The position numbers and the translations under genes were made by a program. A DNA stretch of 64,000 bases from Oculina patagonica (Eukaryota): NCBI RefSeq assembly GCF_052425735.1, contig NC_135765.1, positions 29,450,001 through 29,514,000 on the forward strand. Reading direction: 5' to 3'. Below are positions 1 to 13,200 of this stretch, in pieces. Every line of letters begins with the position of its first letter. The stretch's first letter is position 1. The notes beneath the pieces are model-generated. The model made no database searches. It saw nothing but the letters and a program-made list of their open reading frames with translations, and was not told the DNA's origin.

Positions 1-310
1 CGTTGATGGGACTGTAAAGCACCTGCATGGTTGTTCACGGCACTCTGAGTATTACCCAGGAAATAAGAGCTAAGTGCAGTATCAGGATGGTTGCCTTAAG
101 TGAGAAAAAATGGAACATAACTCAACACCTTGTAATTTGAGTCAAGGGGCGAGAAATATTCTCATATATAGAGTACGGTTTTCAAGGTTCTTAGTCGTTA
201 AATAGGGTATCCTTTTTGCCACTTTGGCAATGTGATTCTGCTGTGTTCCTTAGAAAGAGTTACTTTAATTTAAATTGTAAAGGCTAAAATATTGTGGTGC
301 ATACCTATAT

Positions 311-848
311 CCCGGGGGGGGGGGGGTACTCCCATATGTGGCCTATATAGGTATGTGCCGCCCGATAGGGAATGGTTTTTGAGGTTTTGGGTCCTTAAAT
401 AGGGTATCATTTTTGCTCCTTTTGGGAATGAGTTCCCGGTGTGATCCTTAGATAGGGTACCTACATTCTATAAGCTAAAATAAACGCCCAGCTAAACCAA
501 AAAAGGTATCTTAAAACTGAATTTTCTGTTCAGGTATTAGTAAAGCGATTTTATAGAGATTTGTGTTTTGCCGTGCGCGGTTAGCTGTTATTTGGGTCGT
601 CATGGACGGCTTCTCCTCCCCTTGAATAGGGTGTCATTTTTCGGTTTCGGGCCTTAAAAAGGGTATCAATTTTCGCTTTCTTTATCCATAAATAGGGTCA
701 GGGGTCAGGGTTTAAGAACCTTGGCGGCACACCCCTATCCTAAATTTATGGAAGCACCACTCCAGCATCACTTATATTTATTTACAAATAATAAATTTAA
801 AAAATACATTACATAAATAAGGTAGTACCATTCCCCCCTCCCCCCAGG
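311..848. mobile_element. Non-autonomous DNA transposon (CCCGGGGG...TACTCCC-terminus type), degenerate
   Basis: Starts cccggggggg...gtactccc like the elements at 4669 and 46445; internal aaatagggtatc repeats; right end degenerate. Confidence 0.5.
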
Positions 849-913
849 ATTGGGAAGTGGGACATATGTCTATCTTGTTAAAAAAAAAAAAACAGTCAAG
901 ACATTGACTTCAG

Positions 914-1702
914 TCATTTATCCTCACCTAACAACTTCAGACGTATATCAAGGGCTTTGTAGTGATATTCCAGTGCTGCATTCATGTCGTCACCAATAGC
1001 TCTCTGTAGCAACCCAAGAGAAAAATAACTTGATGCAGTATGGACGTGTTCACCCAGTAATTTCAATCTCATGTTCAAAGCAAGAAGGTGTGATTGCCGC
1101 GAGGCCGCAATATCTCCTAGTGCCTTCTGGACCAGCCCTAGTGAATAAGCACTCCAGGCGGTATCCAGATGTACGTCTAGTACCTTCTGCCTGATGTCCA
1201 GCGCTCTCTGATGTGATTGAACAGCACCTTTTTGGTCTCCTAACGTGTTTTGCGCTAGGGCAACACTGAAGTAACTGGAGGCAGTATCCTTATGATCTCC
1301 CAGCAGTCTGACTCTCATGTGTAACGCCTGTTGATGCGACTTCAAAGCACCTTGGATGTCGCCCAATTTTTTCTGCGTGATTCCTAGGGAGAAGTAGCTC
1401 CAGGCGGTATCTAAGTGTTCCCCTAATACTTTCACCCTGATATCCAAAGCTCTTTGATGTGATTGAACGGCAGATTTCAAGTCTCCAGTGGCATCCTGAG
1501 TTAGGGCAAGTGAATAATAACTGCTTGCCGTGTCCTTATGCTCACCTAACAATTTCAGCCTGATATCCACTGAGCGCTGGATTGACTGAAGTGCTGATTT
1601 GAAGTCACCTACTTTCTTTTGATTTAAACCAAGTGAGTAGTATTTGGAGGCATCTTCTATAGTGTCACAAGATGGCTGTAGAAGACTCACCTGATGTGAC
1701 AT
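914..1702 (-). CDS. Stand-alone TPR-repeat protein (six ~41-aa kinesin-light-chain/nephrocystin-3-like TPRs), 262 aa
   Basis: Six repeats of TAxSYxSLGxxQxxxGDxxxAxQSHQRALDIRxKxLGEH. An in-frame TAG lies 10 codons upstream of the ATG. Acceptor ttccag| near 1750 and candidate upstream donors near 2346 and 3757 suggest non-coding 5' exons. Confidence 0.85.
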   Translation of the reverse strand: MSHQVSLLQPSCDTIEDASKYYSLGLNQKKVGDFKSALQSIQRSVDIRLKLLGEHKDTASSYYSLALTQDATGDLKSAVQSHQRALDIRVKVLGEHLDTAWSYFSLGITQKKLGDIQGALKSHQQALHMRVRLLGDHKDTASSYFSVALAQNTLGDQKGAVQSHQRALDIRQKVLDVHLDTAWSAYSLGLVQKALGDIAASRQSHLLALNMRLKLLGEHVHTASSYFSLGLLQRAIGDDMNAALEYHYKALDIRLKLLGEDK

Positions 1703-1947
1703 CGTGGGCTGCCGGAAGCGTTTTGGACTCTAGAGTGTTCTTAAGCTGACTGGAAATAACAACCATTGCTGCATTTTAGTCTTAATCTGTAGCGTAAATA
1801 CCTTACTGTAGCTTATATTTAACAGTCTGTAACTTACAACGGAATGCCTGCCGCTCAGTTTTCATTCAATTGTAAAACCAAAACAAAAGTTATCACTCTG
1901 GCCAACCACAAAAGTTATCACTCTGGCCAACCACAAAAGTTATCACA

Positions 1948-2960
1948 GGAGGCAGCGTGGCCGAGGGGTTAGAGCGCCGGACTTGAAATCTGGAGGTCCC
2001 AGGTTCAAGTCCCATTCTGATCGGTGACCACTATCTGGATTTGTTCTCGGTTGCCCCGAGCTCACATCCTCGGGAGTGTTTAAAACACGAAATGGCGAAA
2101 TGACGAAATGATAAGATAGATACACGTAAATATTATAGGTTGGTTTCCTTTGAACTTCAAGGCAGTTCTGTTTCATGTCTAGCCTGAATTATGGTCAACT
2201 ATTTCAAAGGAACATTTATTATAAGCCATTTCAATTTTCTGGCCCAGGAATATAATGAATACTTGTCACTTATCACAAGGCTAAATTGAACGTATTACTA
2301 AAATGTCTCAGCAATCCAGGATATCTTTTTTTCATTTAGTACTTACCAAGTTGCCTATCAGTATCTACACTGCACTACAAAGCTTGCGTTGTATTTAAGA
2401 ACTGATATAGACATCGAACGTCACTCCGTTTCTGTGCAAAGTACGTTTGCCACTTGTATTGTGTATAAACTTCATCGCGAAGTAGGTTCGGTTTAAAGCA
2501 ATCGATTTCATGTGAATGTTGGAGCTCAAAGCCTAACTTCATAGCCACTGCTCAGTGATAAATAATAGATAAACAAATCATTTTCTTCCGATGTTGAAAC
2601 GAGACGCCGACATTTCGATCAAGAATGTCCTAGGCGTATCAAACAGCGCCCTGTTAGTAACAAAGAGACATCCGTGACCATAGTTAGTATGCCGTGACGG
2701 AGAATTTGTGATTGCAGTTTAACTTCTTTTATTTTTCGGGACTTATCTACAAGAATAAATTCAGCAACATATGAAGATTCCAGTAGAACGGTAATATCGT
2801 ATAACTTTGGCTTTTATCTTCAGTATCATTTCATCATTTCGCCCTTTCGCCATTTTCTGTTTTAAACATGCCCCAAATCCTCGGTCATGCTTGTAAATAG
2901 CCATCTGGTCTGCCTGACCTGCCAGTTAGGATTTTTATAACCATGTTATGTTTATTTAAT
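1948..2960 (+). mobile_element. tRNA-derived SINE interrupted by a MITE
   Basis: tRNA-like head with A box (tggccgagggg) and B box (ggttcaagtcc). The body resumes at 2874 (tcctcggtcatgcttgtaaatagcc) and ends in an AT-rich tail. Confidence 0.75.
2072..2873. mobile_element. Non-autonomous MULE-type element inside the SINE
   Basis: TIRs gggagtgtttaaaacacgaaatggcgaaa / tttcgccattttctgttttaaacatgccc; 9-bp TSD cacatcctc/caaatcctc (1 mismatch). Confidence 0.75.
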
Positions 2961-4265
2961 ATATTATATTTGTTTCATATACACGGCCCCACGAGCTTCT
3001 AGCTTTAAACACAAACCGTGTATAAATAAAGTTGCTTTTATTTACCTTTTTTTTTACAAAAGACACACTCTCTATCGGACAATTCAGCGAGTCAATCAAA
3101 ACTCAAGACCAGGGCCGCAACCAGACCTATGCCATACTAAGACAAGGCAAGATCTTGCTAGTGGACTCAGGGGGCATGCCTTTCAGAACATTTTGAAATC
3201 TAGAAGCTATGAATCTCTTTCAGGGGCATTTTTCATGAGGTATTACTTAAGCAAAAACAGTCCCCCCCCCCCCTCTCTGGTGAGGATTACTGAGTGGAAT
3301 TCTTAGAGAAAAAATTTGTGGATTTCCTAATGCACCTATCAATGTTTGGCTGCTGGGGGGCGGGAGGGAGGCCGGGCATATATAGGCAGGGGAATTGACA
3401 GCAATTGACACTTTTGAACATTCACAAATGCCCTAAGGTTGGGCCTGGGTTGGGCATTTGAACAGAAAGTCTCAACCTATTTCAAATGCCTTCCCTTCAT
3501 TGAAAGGTGCATAAGGGCTAAGATAAGAAATACAGGAAATCTTTAAGGGGAATGGGTGAAATGTTACGGGATTCTTTGGGGGTAGAAGCCAAAAATCCCG
3601 CGGAATTCAATGGATTTCTTTAGAATTTAATAAGAATAAACAGAATAAACGACCTGAAATGACTTGTCCTTAACAGATTTCAATTGCAAATTATATCCTA
3701 TTTCTACACTGAAGTTAAAATGAAAGCTAATCACCATTCTGTCCTTTAAGTGCTTACCTATCCTCCACAAAAGAGTATTCGAACAAATTTGTAGCCCTTT
3801 TGATCCGTCTCAGCCAAGTGTGTAATCGGCCCCGAGTAATCAAACAAGAGTACTCCGTGACGGAGTGTTGTAGCAGGCTCTGTGATCCGAGAAGTCATTG
3901 TCACGCAAGTTATCAGGTTTTTCACCATTTTGTGGAGTGAAGTGAACAACATCTTACAAAAATTTCTTTAAACGTTAAATGCAAGGACCGTCATGAAACT
4001 TGTACTTTTGACGTCTTTGACCATCCTGGTACCCAGAGCCCATCACGTTTGTATTTTCATTGTTAGATCCCAGTTTCTCACGTTTCAAAACTAAGTTGCG
4101 GTTTGCGTAACAGTCGTTCGCTTCTCGTTTCCGCGCTCTGTGAACTTGTCTTGTAAGCAAGTCGAGGTTTGCGTGAAAAAATCGGTGAGGATTTTTCTGT
4201 AAACGGACAGTAAAAATTTTTTCAAGAAATACAGCAAATCAGGAGGAGGGTTGCTGGTTGGTAAT

Positions 4266-4655
4266 CCCGGGGGGGGGGGGGTACTCCCTATAATGGCCTA
4301 TACGGGGAGGCTCCGCCCGAAAGGGGTAACTTTTACAGGCTTCAGGTATACAAAAGGGTAGGGATTTCACGAGTTTAAGTATATGAAAGGGTATGGAAAT
4401 CTGTCATGTGGCTATTTAAAAGGGCCTTTTATTAAAATATTTCGAACAGACGCAATTTATGGCTGTATTATTTTAATTTATTAAGCGCTACATAAAAATG
4501 ATAAGAAAACGTCCTATTTTAAGTACACGCCATGTCTCTTAGGTATATGAAAGGGGTACCTTTTTCAGTTAAAGTTATACGAAAGGGGTACAATTTCTGT
4601 CAAAAATGGTATATAAAAAGGTAAGGGGTTAGAACTTGAGGCGGAGCCTCCCCGT
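4266..4655. mobile_element. MITE copy (CCCGGGG family), right TIR lost
   Basis: Similar to 4669-5081; flanked on both sides by gttggtaat. Confidence 0.65.
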
Positions 4656-4668
4656 GTTGGTAATGTAT

Positions 4669-5081
4669 CCCGGGGGGTACTCCCTATAATGGCCTATACG
4701 GGGAGGCTCCGCCCGAAAGGGGTACCTTTTTCAGGCTCCAGGTATATAAAAGGGTAGGGATTTCACAAATTTAGGTATATGAAAGGGTAGGGAAATCTGC
4801 CATAATGATATTTTTAAAAGGCCTTTACATTAAATATTTCGAGCAGACGCAACTTTTGGATGTATCGTTTAAATTTATTTAGCGCTACATAAAAATGACA
4901 AGAAATCTTCCCGTTTTAGGTAAATATGATGTCGTGTAGGTATATGAAAGGGGTGCCTTTTTGCAATGAAAGGTATACAAAAGGGGTACCTTTTCTATCA
5001 GAATGGTATATAAAAGGGTAAGGGGTTGGATCTCCGGGCGGAGCCTCCCCGTACTAAACTTTTTCGAGTACCCCCCCCGGG
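4669..5081. mobile_element. MITE with CCCGGGGG TIRs and 8-bp TSD
   Basis: cccggggggtactc...gagtaccccccccggg with TSD taatgtat on both sides; near-identical to 46445-46860. Confidence 0.85.
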
Positions 5082-5547
5082 TAATGTATCCACTCTGTAT
5101 CCAGCTCAGTGCGTATCCGCTCTGTATCCACGTACTTTTCACTGCGTATCCATGTATTTGCGTATTCACTGCGAAATATATTTCCCTCATCTAAAGGAAA
5201 GGCTGCTCTTTTCTACTGCGTAACTACATCTTCGCGTATCTACTCAGAAGTATAAAGTTTTTTCTATATATTCTAGTTTTTTTCTTTTTATCCACTTTGT
5301 TTATTTTTGACCGCTTTAGCCGTCAGGATCAGTTTGCCGTCTATATTTTCCGTTTCAACTAAGTTACTGATCCAGGTCTTCAATAGATCCGGCACCACTC
5401 ATCGGTTTGTCGCTGTGATATTGCAGTATCTTATTATAGAAGTATATATACGTCAGGTATCACGGAAGGAAAATTGGCGTGCGACACGCTTGCGATGGCA
5501 CGCGTGTGATGACACGCTTGCGATGACACGCGTGTGCACATGTTAAC

Positions 5548-5900
5548 CCACTTGCTACGTAATTTGCTACACCAAACCCACTTGCTACGTAATTTGCTAC
5601 ACCAAACACACTTGCTACGCAATTTGCTACACCAAACACACTTGCTACGTAATTTGCTACACCGAACGAACTGGCTCCGTAATTTGCTACATCAAACACA
5701 CTTGCTACGCAATTTGCTATACCAAACACACTTGCTACGTAGTTTGCTACTCCAAACAGACTTGCTACGTAAATTGCTGCACCACGCAGACTTTCTATGC
5801 AATTTTCTACACCAAATACACTGGCTACACAATTTGCTATTCCAAATTGTCTTGCAACGTATGTTACAATGCCAAACAGGCTTCTATGCAATTTACTATT
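5548..5900. repeat. 30-bp minisatellite (cttgctacgtaatttgctacaccaaacaca)n
   Basis: About 11 tandem units that degenerate rightward. Confidence 0.9.
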
Positions 5901-6512
5901 TCAAACAGACTTTGTACGCAACTAAACATACATAGTTGACAATTTCATAGACCTAACAGTCTTGCTTAATTAAATATTAAGGACACTGACGTAGACGTTG
6001 ACACTGCAGGACCTGGCATTTAAGAGTTGCCTGTTTTTTTATTTATCCATTTTTTTGACCAATTAACCTCAATTACTGCTTTTGTTTAAACCTACAGTAT
6101 AGGCTTTCTAGAGGAAAGAAGTTTGTACTCTATATTTCAGTCTTTTTTAACATATTAGAAGTGACTTTAAGACGCCTTTTTCGCCAATACAAAAACATGT
6201 TATTGACTTTTTTTTATAAAGGATGTTAGCTGCTTTTTAATACAGTGGAACCCCGCTCTGCGGACACCCGTTAATACGGACAACGGACACTTTTCTGTGT
6301 ACGGAGTGGCAAACTCTTTTACATCGTAAAGCCCGCTTAACGGACATTGTTTATCTGTGCAAGTTTTTACAATAATTTTAGCCCGAGAGTATAATTGAAT
6401 GAGCGTAAGGTTTCCCAAGTTTGAACTTGTCAGAGTAACAGCCACAAGTCAACGTTTTGTTGCTGTATAATTGGCTGCTTTGTTGGAGGCTATCCATATT
6501 TAATTGGCTCAA

Positions 6513-7031
6513 NNNNNNNNNNNNNNNNNNNNNNNNNNNNNNNNNNNNNNNNNNNNNNNNNNNNNNNNNNNNNNNNNNNNNNNNNNNNNNNNNNNNNNNN
6601 NNNNNNNNNNNNNNNNNNNNNNNNNNNNNNNNNNNNNNNNNNNNNNNNNNNNNNNNNNNNNNNNNNNNNNNNNNNNNNNNNNNNNNNNNNNNNNNNNNNN
6701 NNNNNNNNNNNNNNNNNNNNNNNNNNNNNNNNNNNNNNNNNNNNNNNNNNNNNNNNNNNNNNNNNNNNNNNNNNNNNNNNNNNNNNNNNNNNNNNNNNNN
6801 NNNNNNNNNNNNNNNNNNNNNNNNNNNNNNNNNNNNNNNNNNNNNNNNNNNNNNNNNNNNNNNNNNNNNNNNNNNNNNNNNNNNNNNNNNNNNNNNNNNN
6901 NNNNNNNNNNNNNNNNNNNNNNNNNNNNNNNNNNNNNNNNNNNNNNNNNNNNNNNNNNNNNNNNNNNNNNNNNNNNNNNNNNNNNNNNNNNNNNNNNNNN
7001 NNNNNNNNNNNNNNNNNNNNNNNNNNNNNNN
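6513..7031. other. Assembly gap (N run)
   Basis: Run of Ns. Confidence 1.
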
Positions 7032-7079
7032 ACTACTAACTTGCCCCAATTAACCATGGTTAAAATGTGTGAAAGTGTG

Positions 7080-8075
7080 ATGACACACGCGTGCGATGAC
7101 ACGCGTGCCATGACACGCGTGCCATGACACGCGTGTCATGCGTGCTATGACACGCGTGCGATGACACGCGTGCGATGACACGCGTGCCATGACACGAGTG
7201 CAATGACACGCGTGCGATGACACGCGTGCAATAACACGCGTGCCATGCGTGCTATGACACGCGTGCGATGACACGCGTGTCATGACACGCGTGCCATGAC
7301 ACGCGTGCAATAACACGCGTTCCATGACACTTGTGCCATGACACGCATGCGATGACACGCGTGCCATGACACGCGTGTCATGACACGCGTGTCATGCGTG
7401 CTATGACACGCGTGCGATGACACGCGTGTCATGACACGCGTGTGCCATGACACGCGTGCGATGACACGCGTGCGATGACACGCGTGCAATGCTGTGCAAT
7501 GCTATGACACGCGTGCGATGACACGCGTGTCATGACACGCGTGCCATGACACGCGTGCAATAACACGAGTTCCATGACACGTGTGCCATGACACGCATGC
7601 GATGACACGCGTGCCATGACACGCGTGTCATGACACGCGTGCCATGACACGCGTGCCATGACACGCGTGCCATGACACGCGTGCGATAACACGCGTGCGA
7701 TGACACGCGTGCGATGACACGCGTGCCATGACACGCGTGTCATGACACGCGTGCCATGACACGCGTGCAATAACACGAGTTCCATGACACGTTTGCCATG
7801 ACACGCATGCGATGACACGCGTGCCATGACACGCGTGTCATGACACGCGTGCCATGACACGCGTGCAATAACACGCGTGCCATGACACGCGTGCCATGAC
7901 ACGCGTGCCATGACACGCGTGCGATAACACGCGTGCGATGACACGCGTGCGATGACACGCGTGCCATGACATGCGTGCGATGACACGCGTGTAATGACAC
8001 GCGTGCCATGACACGCGTGCCATGACACGCGTGCAATGACACGCGTGTCATGACACGCGTGTGCCATAACACGCC
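7080..8075. repeat. 14-bp CpG-rich satellite (atgacacgcgtgcc/g)n
   Basis: Roughly 70 tandem units with palindromic core CACGCGTG; a short array of the same unit lies at ~5478-5538. Confidence 0.95.
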
Positions 8076-9138
8076 ATAACACTGCTTGTTGTTCCTTCCC
8101 CGACAGCTAGCTCTTCGGGAAAGTTTGACAGTCTTCGGGAATTCTGAACATGGTTCAGCCAACCAATCAAAGAACCAAACTTTTGCATGACGACTATGTG
8201 CAGGTTGGTCTTGTGGACAAACTAGTGTGCTTGTTTAGCCAAAGAAAACAAGAGGGCGTGAATTTTCAGCGAATACAGTTTACGCAGATTAGATTACAGG
8301 GTGCAGGGGTGGGTGCGAGCGCCAGAGACGTGAGCGTCTCGGGTGTCCGGGGGTATTCATCCCCGGGAAGTTTCCTGCACATTTCCTGCATTCTAGTCTC
8401 ATTCTTAGAGTCATTTTAACCTCCACTCTCCGTTTAGGTGGACGTTTGTGGCTCGTGGTTGGGGCGGACGCACCCATCGCACCCCCTGCCTACATTTCTG
8501 CATGTACGTCTTTGACCAAGCATGCTTTGATCTCATAGAAAGAACACTTTGACTCAGTAAAAAACACCGAGGAGTCCTTAACTAAAGGCTATGATATACT
8601 TTGCGCTTATTTTGCAAGGCCAAGGCCTATGCTAGTTGATGTGATGTTAATCTGATGTGAAGTGTCATAAAATTGTTGGGTTTCACGTAACGACATCAAA
8701 TTCTAAAGTTTTAAATCGCAAGGTCTTCTAATTTTACATCCCGTTCAGGTCGAAGATGATTTCTCAAACTCATTAATTCTTCATCAAATTTAAACAAAGA
8801 AAATCGTAACCGTGAAAGAGGTTTGGATACCCGGTCTTAATTTGCTAAGATTTTAACGATTTTATTTCTCCGTTTACTCCGTAGTTTTTTATTCGCCTGA
8901 TTGAGAAGATATATCAAACACTCGAGACAGTGTTTCATCGGCTATCCAAACACCTCGAATTTTATCAAAAATACTCCGCTGCGCGTCGTATCTTTTTGCA
9001 ACTCTCTTCACGGTGTTTAGATATCCCGATGAAACACTGTCTCAGTTTACAGCCCGGTATAAACGTCAGCCTCTCCTTGATTTGTGGCTTTTTACCTTAC
9101 GGGAGTCAAAGCTTTTTGTCCCAAGTCAGTGCCTAATA

Positions 9139-9401
9139 CCGTATTTTCTCGATTAAACGCCGGGCCCCGAATAAACGCCAGGTCTCCAAGGTAGAGTGGT
9201 AAATAAGCCTTTAAGGCATTCATTTGAGGTGTAATATGCTTTAGGTATGTTGGCAAGATACATTCATGTCACAAATAATGATTAAAAACCCTTGTTTAAT
9301 AAACATTTTCCTCAAATAAACTGCACCATTCAAATAAACGCCCGGATCCACGGAGCCAAGTTTGAAATAAATGCCGGGGGCGTTTAATTGAGAAAATACG
9401 G
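9139..9401. mobile_element. Tc1/mariner-type MITE
   Basis: TA|ccgtattttctcgattaaacgcc...ggcgtttaattgagaaaatacgg|TA. Confidence 0.75.
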
Positions 9402-9809
9402 TATGCAAAAAAAAAACAAGATTCCCCTTGTGATTTTTACCAGTTTGGACGGTTAAAGTATAGTTGGAAGGGACATAATGTGAATGTGTAGATGTTCGTT
9501 AGAGACTGAAGAGTAATCGCTTGAAGAGCAGAAATGAATTCCAGATGTTTTCATTGGCTGGCCATGTTGGTGCGGGAATTTGAAAAACGCGAAATTGCTC
9601 GGTCACGCGATGTAAGAGGGAGAAGGCGCATGCACGGAAACCCACCGAAATGCGTTATTTTTTCTCGATTTTTTCCCTTGCGTGGCCGTCTCGCGCCTTT
9701 CGCATTTTCCAAATGCGCGCCCAAAAAATACACAGGCGTCTACAACGGAGGCCAGTGTCCCTCCGATCCGAGGGACACCAACATGGCGTTTCCATACTGA
9801 GCTCTATAA

Positions 9810-10212
9810 GGCCCCATTTACATGGAAAGAGGATGATCCTAGCACTAGGATCATCCTCCTTTCATGTAAAATAAAATGATCCTAGTGATAGGATCATCCT
9901 AGTACTAGGATCATCCTAGCGCCATATGTTTTCAGCTTTCAGTTTACATGTAAAGGGTTGCATCTAGCCCTAGCGCTAGGATGATCCTAGTGCTAGGATC
10001 ATCCCTCATCTCAGATAGGATGGTCCTAGCACTAGGATGATCCTAGCGCTAGGGCCAAATACAACCCTTCACATGTAAACTGAAAGGTGAAAACATATGG
10101 CGCTCGGATGATCCTAGTACTAGGATGATCCTATCAGTAGGATCATTTTATTTTACATGAAAGGAGGATGATCCTAGTGCTAGGATCATCCTCTTTCCAT
10201 GTAAATGGGGCC
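9810..10212. mobile_element. Almost fully palindromic PIF/Harbinger-type MITE
   Basis: TAA|ggccccatttacatggaaagaggatgatcctagc...ctttccatgtaaatggggcc|TAA; arms about 190 bp built of ctaggatcatcc repeats. Confidence 0.85.
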
Positions 10213-13200
10213 TAAATTGCAGTCAACATTTCGGCAAATAACTCAACAATGGGATTACCGCACAGATCTGAGACTTGACAAAGTTGTTTATTTCGTAACC
10301 TTTTAAAACATATAACAAATTACAAATTGTTTTCTAACATTACAAACTCTTGGCATCGATTTCATTTTATGGCGTGACAGTGAAACCCAAGTTTTATAAT
10401 TCTGAAACAATGTAGAATGAGGCACGTCTTTACTGCCGGATGCTCGGTGGCAAACATGTGAATTTTTTACCCATGTGTCTCCTTGTGCTCGTCCATACAC
10501 AGAGCTATACATTCCTGAAAGGAAAAACATAGTCATTTACGCAACCTTGTCAGTGCTTTGGGCCAAGGAAGTGGTAAAGATTTCTTTTCAAATGCCAGTT
10601 CCATGGCAAATAATTCGGTAAAATCATCAAAAGATATTTATTTTGCAAAAATAAATGGGTTTATGTAGCTTCTTTCATAAGTCTTTCCCAGCTTCCGGTG
10701 TAATCCTCTCCAACGATTACTCCCGGTCACATTTTGCGGGCTCTTGCATGTACATGTAGGTTGTGCAGGCGCGGTTACATCGCCCTTTCTCCTCATGGCC
10801 GGCTTTCAACTAGTCAAGTTAATTTTCCCCTCCCTCCACTCCCTCTGTTCTGTCTTTGTTGATTTGGGTTGGCGGGTTCTCCCTCACCTTTGCTGGGATA
10901 ATAGTTTAAGGTTTCCATATTTTAAGATTTCTATCCTTGATATAAAAATAAACGGCCACACCCGTGGCCAAAATCTTCCAAATGGTAGTATTGTCTTCCA
11001 TTATCCCAGCAAACAGAGCTTCGCCAAAGCAACACATACATACTTGTTTATATGCATAGCATTTAATCTAGTAGGAACAGGATACATAAACACTTAATTT
11101 TTGTAAACTGGGCATAAAATTCCCAAGGGTGGGGACGGAAAGCTGGAAAAAACCCATCATGATCATTTCTCAGTTGACAGTTTAAATTTTGAACAAATCT
11201 CAGCTGACAGTTAAGGCGGGGGTATAACCGAATTTGAATGGATTTTAGGAGGTTTAGAGAAGGCGTTGAAGAAGGAAAAAATGTTGAAACACCACCAGAC
11301 ATTTGCCCCACGCAAAAGCACTCTAGGTTGTCAGGGGGACAGTCTGGTGTCCGACTATCAATTTTGAACTTCAAATTCTAATTCTAAAATCACATTAAAT
11401 CTCCAATTTTTCTTATTTCTCTAAATTTTACTTATTCTTTGAGAGAAACTATCTCCTCCCAAACATCCCCAAAAATCACCAAAAGATTTACAAAACACCG
11501 CAAAACATAGGTTCGTGTTTTGAGCATAGAGTTTTTGGATTGCTTGAAGCGCGAACGAGATATTCGCATAAAATCCAAGTTAAGCCGTGGATAAAAGGCC
11601 TTCAGGTGTACCCGCGCATTAAGCCCCATCCAGACCCTCATCTTACCTTTTCAGAATCGCTCAGTTGTGATTTTGGTTCACTAGCACACTCTTTATAACA
11701 TTTTTCTGTCATTTCCTAAACAAAAAAGAAACAAAATAATTGAATAGCATATACCTCAATCCTTTGTCTGCTGTTTTCAACCCTTCAGTACGATAGCTGA
11801 CAACAGTCACTGTTGTATAGCAAGAATGTTTCACCAACAGCGCGCGGTCTTATTGGCTAATTCGAGGTCACATGACATCTAACAATAAAAACTGTTTCCC
11901 GCCAAAAGTCTCTTCGCGGGAAACATTGCGAAATCCATGACGTCTATGGGTAACATTGTAATGTAATGTCAGCGAATTTTGACCGACGAGCGACATTTTC
12001 CTAAGTCTTCGTTGTGCAATATAACAAAACACTTACAGTGCGACGCGCCTTACCGTGACCGCCCAACAAACTTTTTTACAAGTGTGCTCTCGTAATATTG
12101 TTATTTGTTTGACGAACACGCCTCCTTGCAAAGTTGAATACGATCAAATAGATACTTGTTACACCGCATTTATCAGCAAAACGCAGTGGAAACGTATAAA
12201 CTATTGCAAGATGACACTTGTAACTGAAGTTTGTTGGGTGGCCACGAGGACGCCTGGGACGAGGCAGCAAGTGTGTGGCTTGCTTTGTGATTATGACATT
12301 GATCTGACGATGTAACTTTCCAAATGACGTTTTTTTACTGACCACCAAAAAAAGATTCTTGAAATCCTTGTCATTAAGCTGCAAAATTTTTAGAGTTTTC
12401 GCCCGCTTAGCCTTTTTGGGCGAGGCAGAAAAACTAAACCGAAATAAAGTGAAAATCCGCGATGAAGAACCTAACATTTAAGAACCTGTTAGGCTAAAAT
12501 TTGCAAATTAGACTCCCTTTTATAAGAACCAATTAAGCCTAAAATTAGGAAACGGGTTCTTATTTTCTAAAATTGATCAAAAATGTTTACTTTGGGGGGA
12601 AATTCGTTTTGACAAGACATGTATACATGTTTACATGTATATAATGTTAAGGCTGAATGGTTTGTGCTTCATTTCTACATGAACACTTAGGTGGTATGCA
12701 AATGTTATACAACAAATAGGCCGAATACAACGTAAAGTTCTATTAGCAACAATGTACATTTTTCCTCAAATCTTAAAACCTATTGAGAACCAAATAGCCT
12801 AAATTTGTGTTAACTACCATTTAAAGTATTCAAATTTGAGTGTAGAATGTTTACACAGCTGTAATTTCGCAGGTGTGATTTCTGACACGAAAGTTGAACT
12901 GTTTGTCGGCCTGAGTTTTTAATAAACTCAAACAACTGAAATACACGTAAAAAACGCCTGTTCCTCTTTATCATTTTAAAATATTCTTCTTCATTCTTGT
13001 GATAGAACATTTCTTTTCAAATGCTGGTTGCTCTTTCTATTATTTTCTAGACCCCGTCAATCACTCCAGACGATCTCGCCCCTCTCGCCCCATCAGTGAG
13101 ACTCTCCACCACGCAACCAAATATTTCTCCTCATAACCCACTTGACAACAAAAACAAGGGGTACAAAATAGTAGTAACATCTAAAAAAACAAGTGCATAC

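Noticed and set aside
1948-2025. tRNA gene
   Set aside because: The tRNA-like head continues into a SINE body and lacks a proper acceptor stem; the same applies at ~45880-45943 and ~38290-38335.
5460-5935. ORFs with 10-aa repeats on both strands; superficially CRISPR-like periodicity
   Set aside because: Translations of a 30-bp minisatellite with no unique spacers and no cas genes, in a eukaryotic context.
6378-7127. ORFs of ~200 aa
   Set aside because: They run through the N gap.
7050-8162. HACH/TRV-repeat ORFs
   Set aside because: Translations of the 14-bp satellite.
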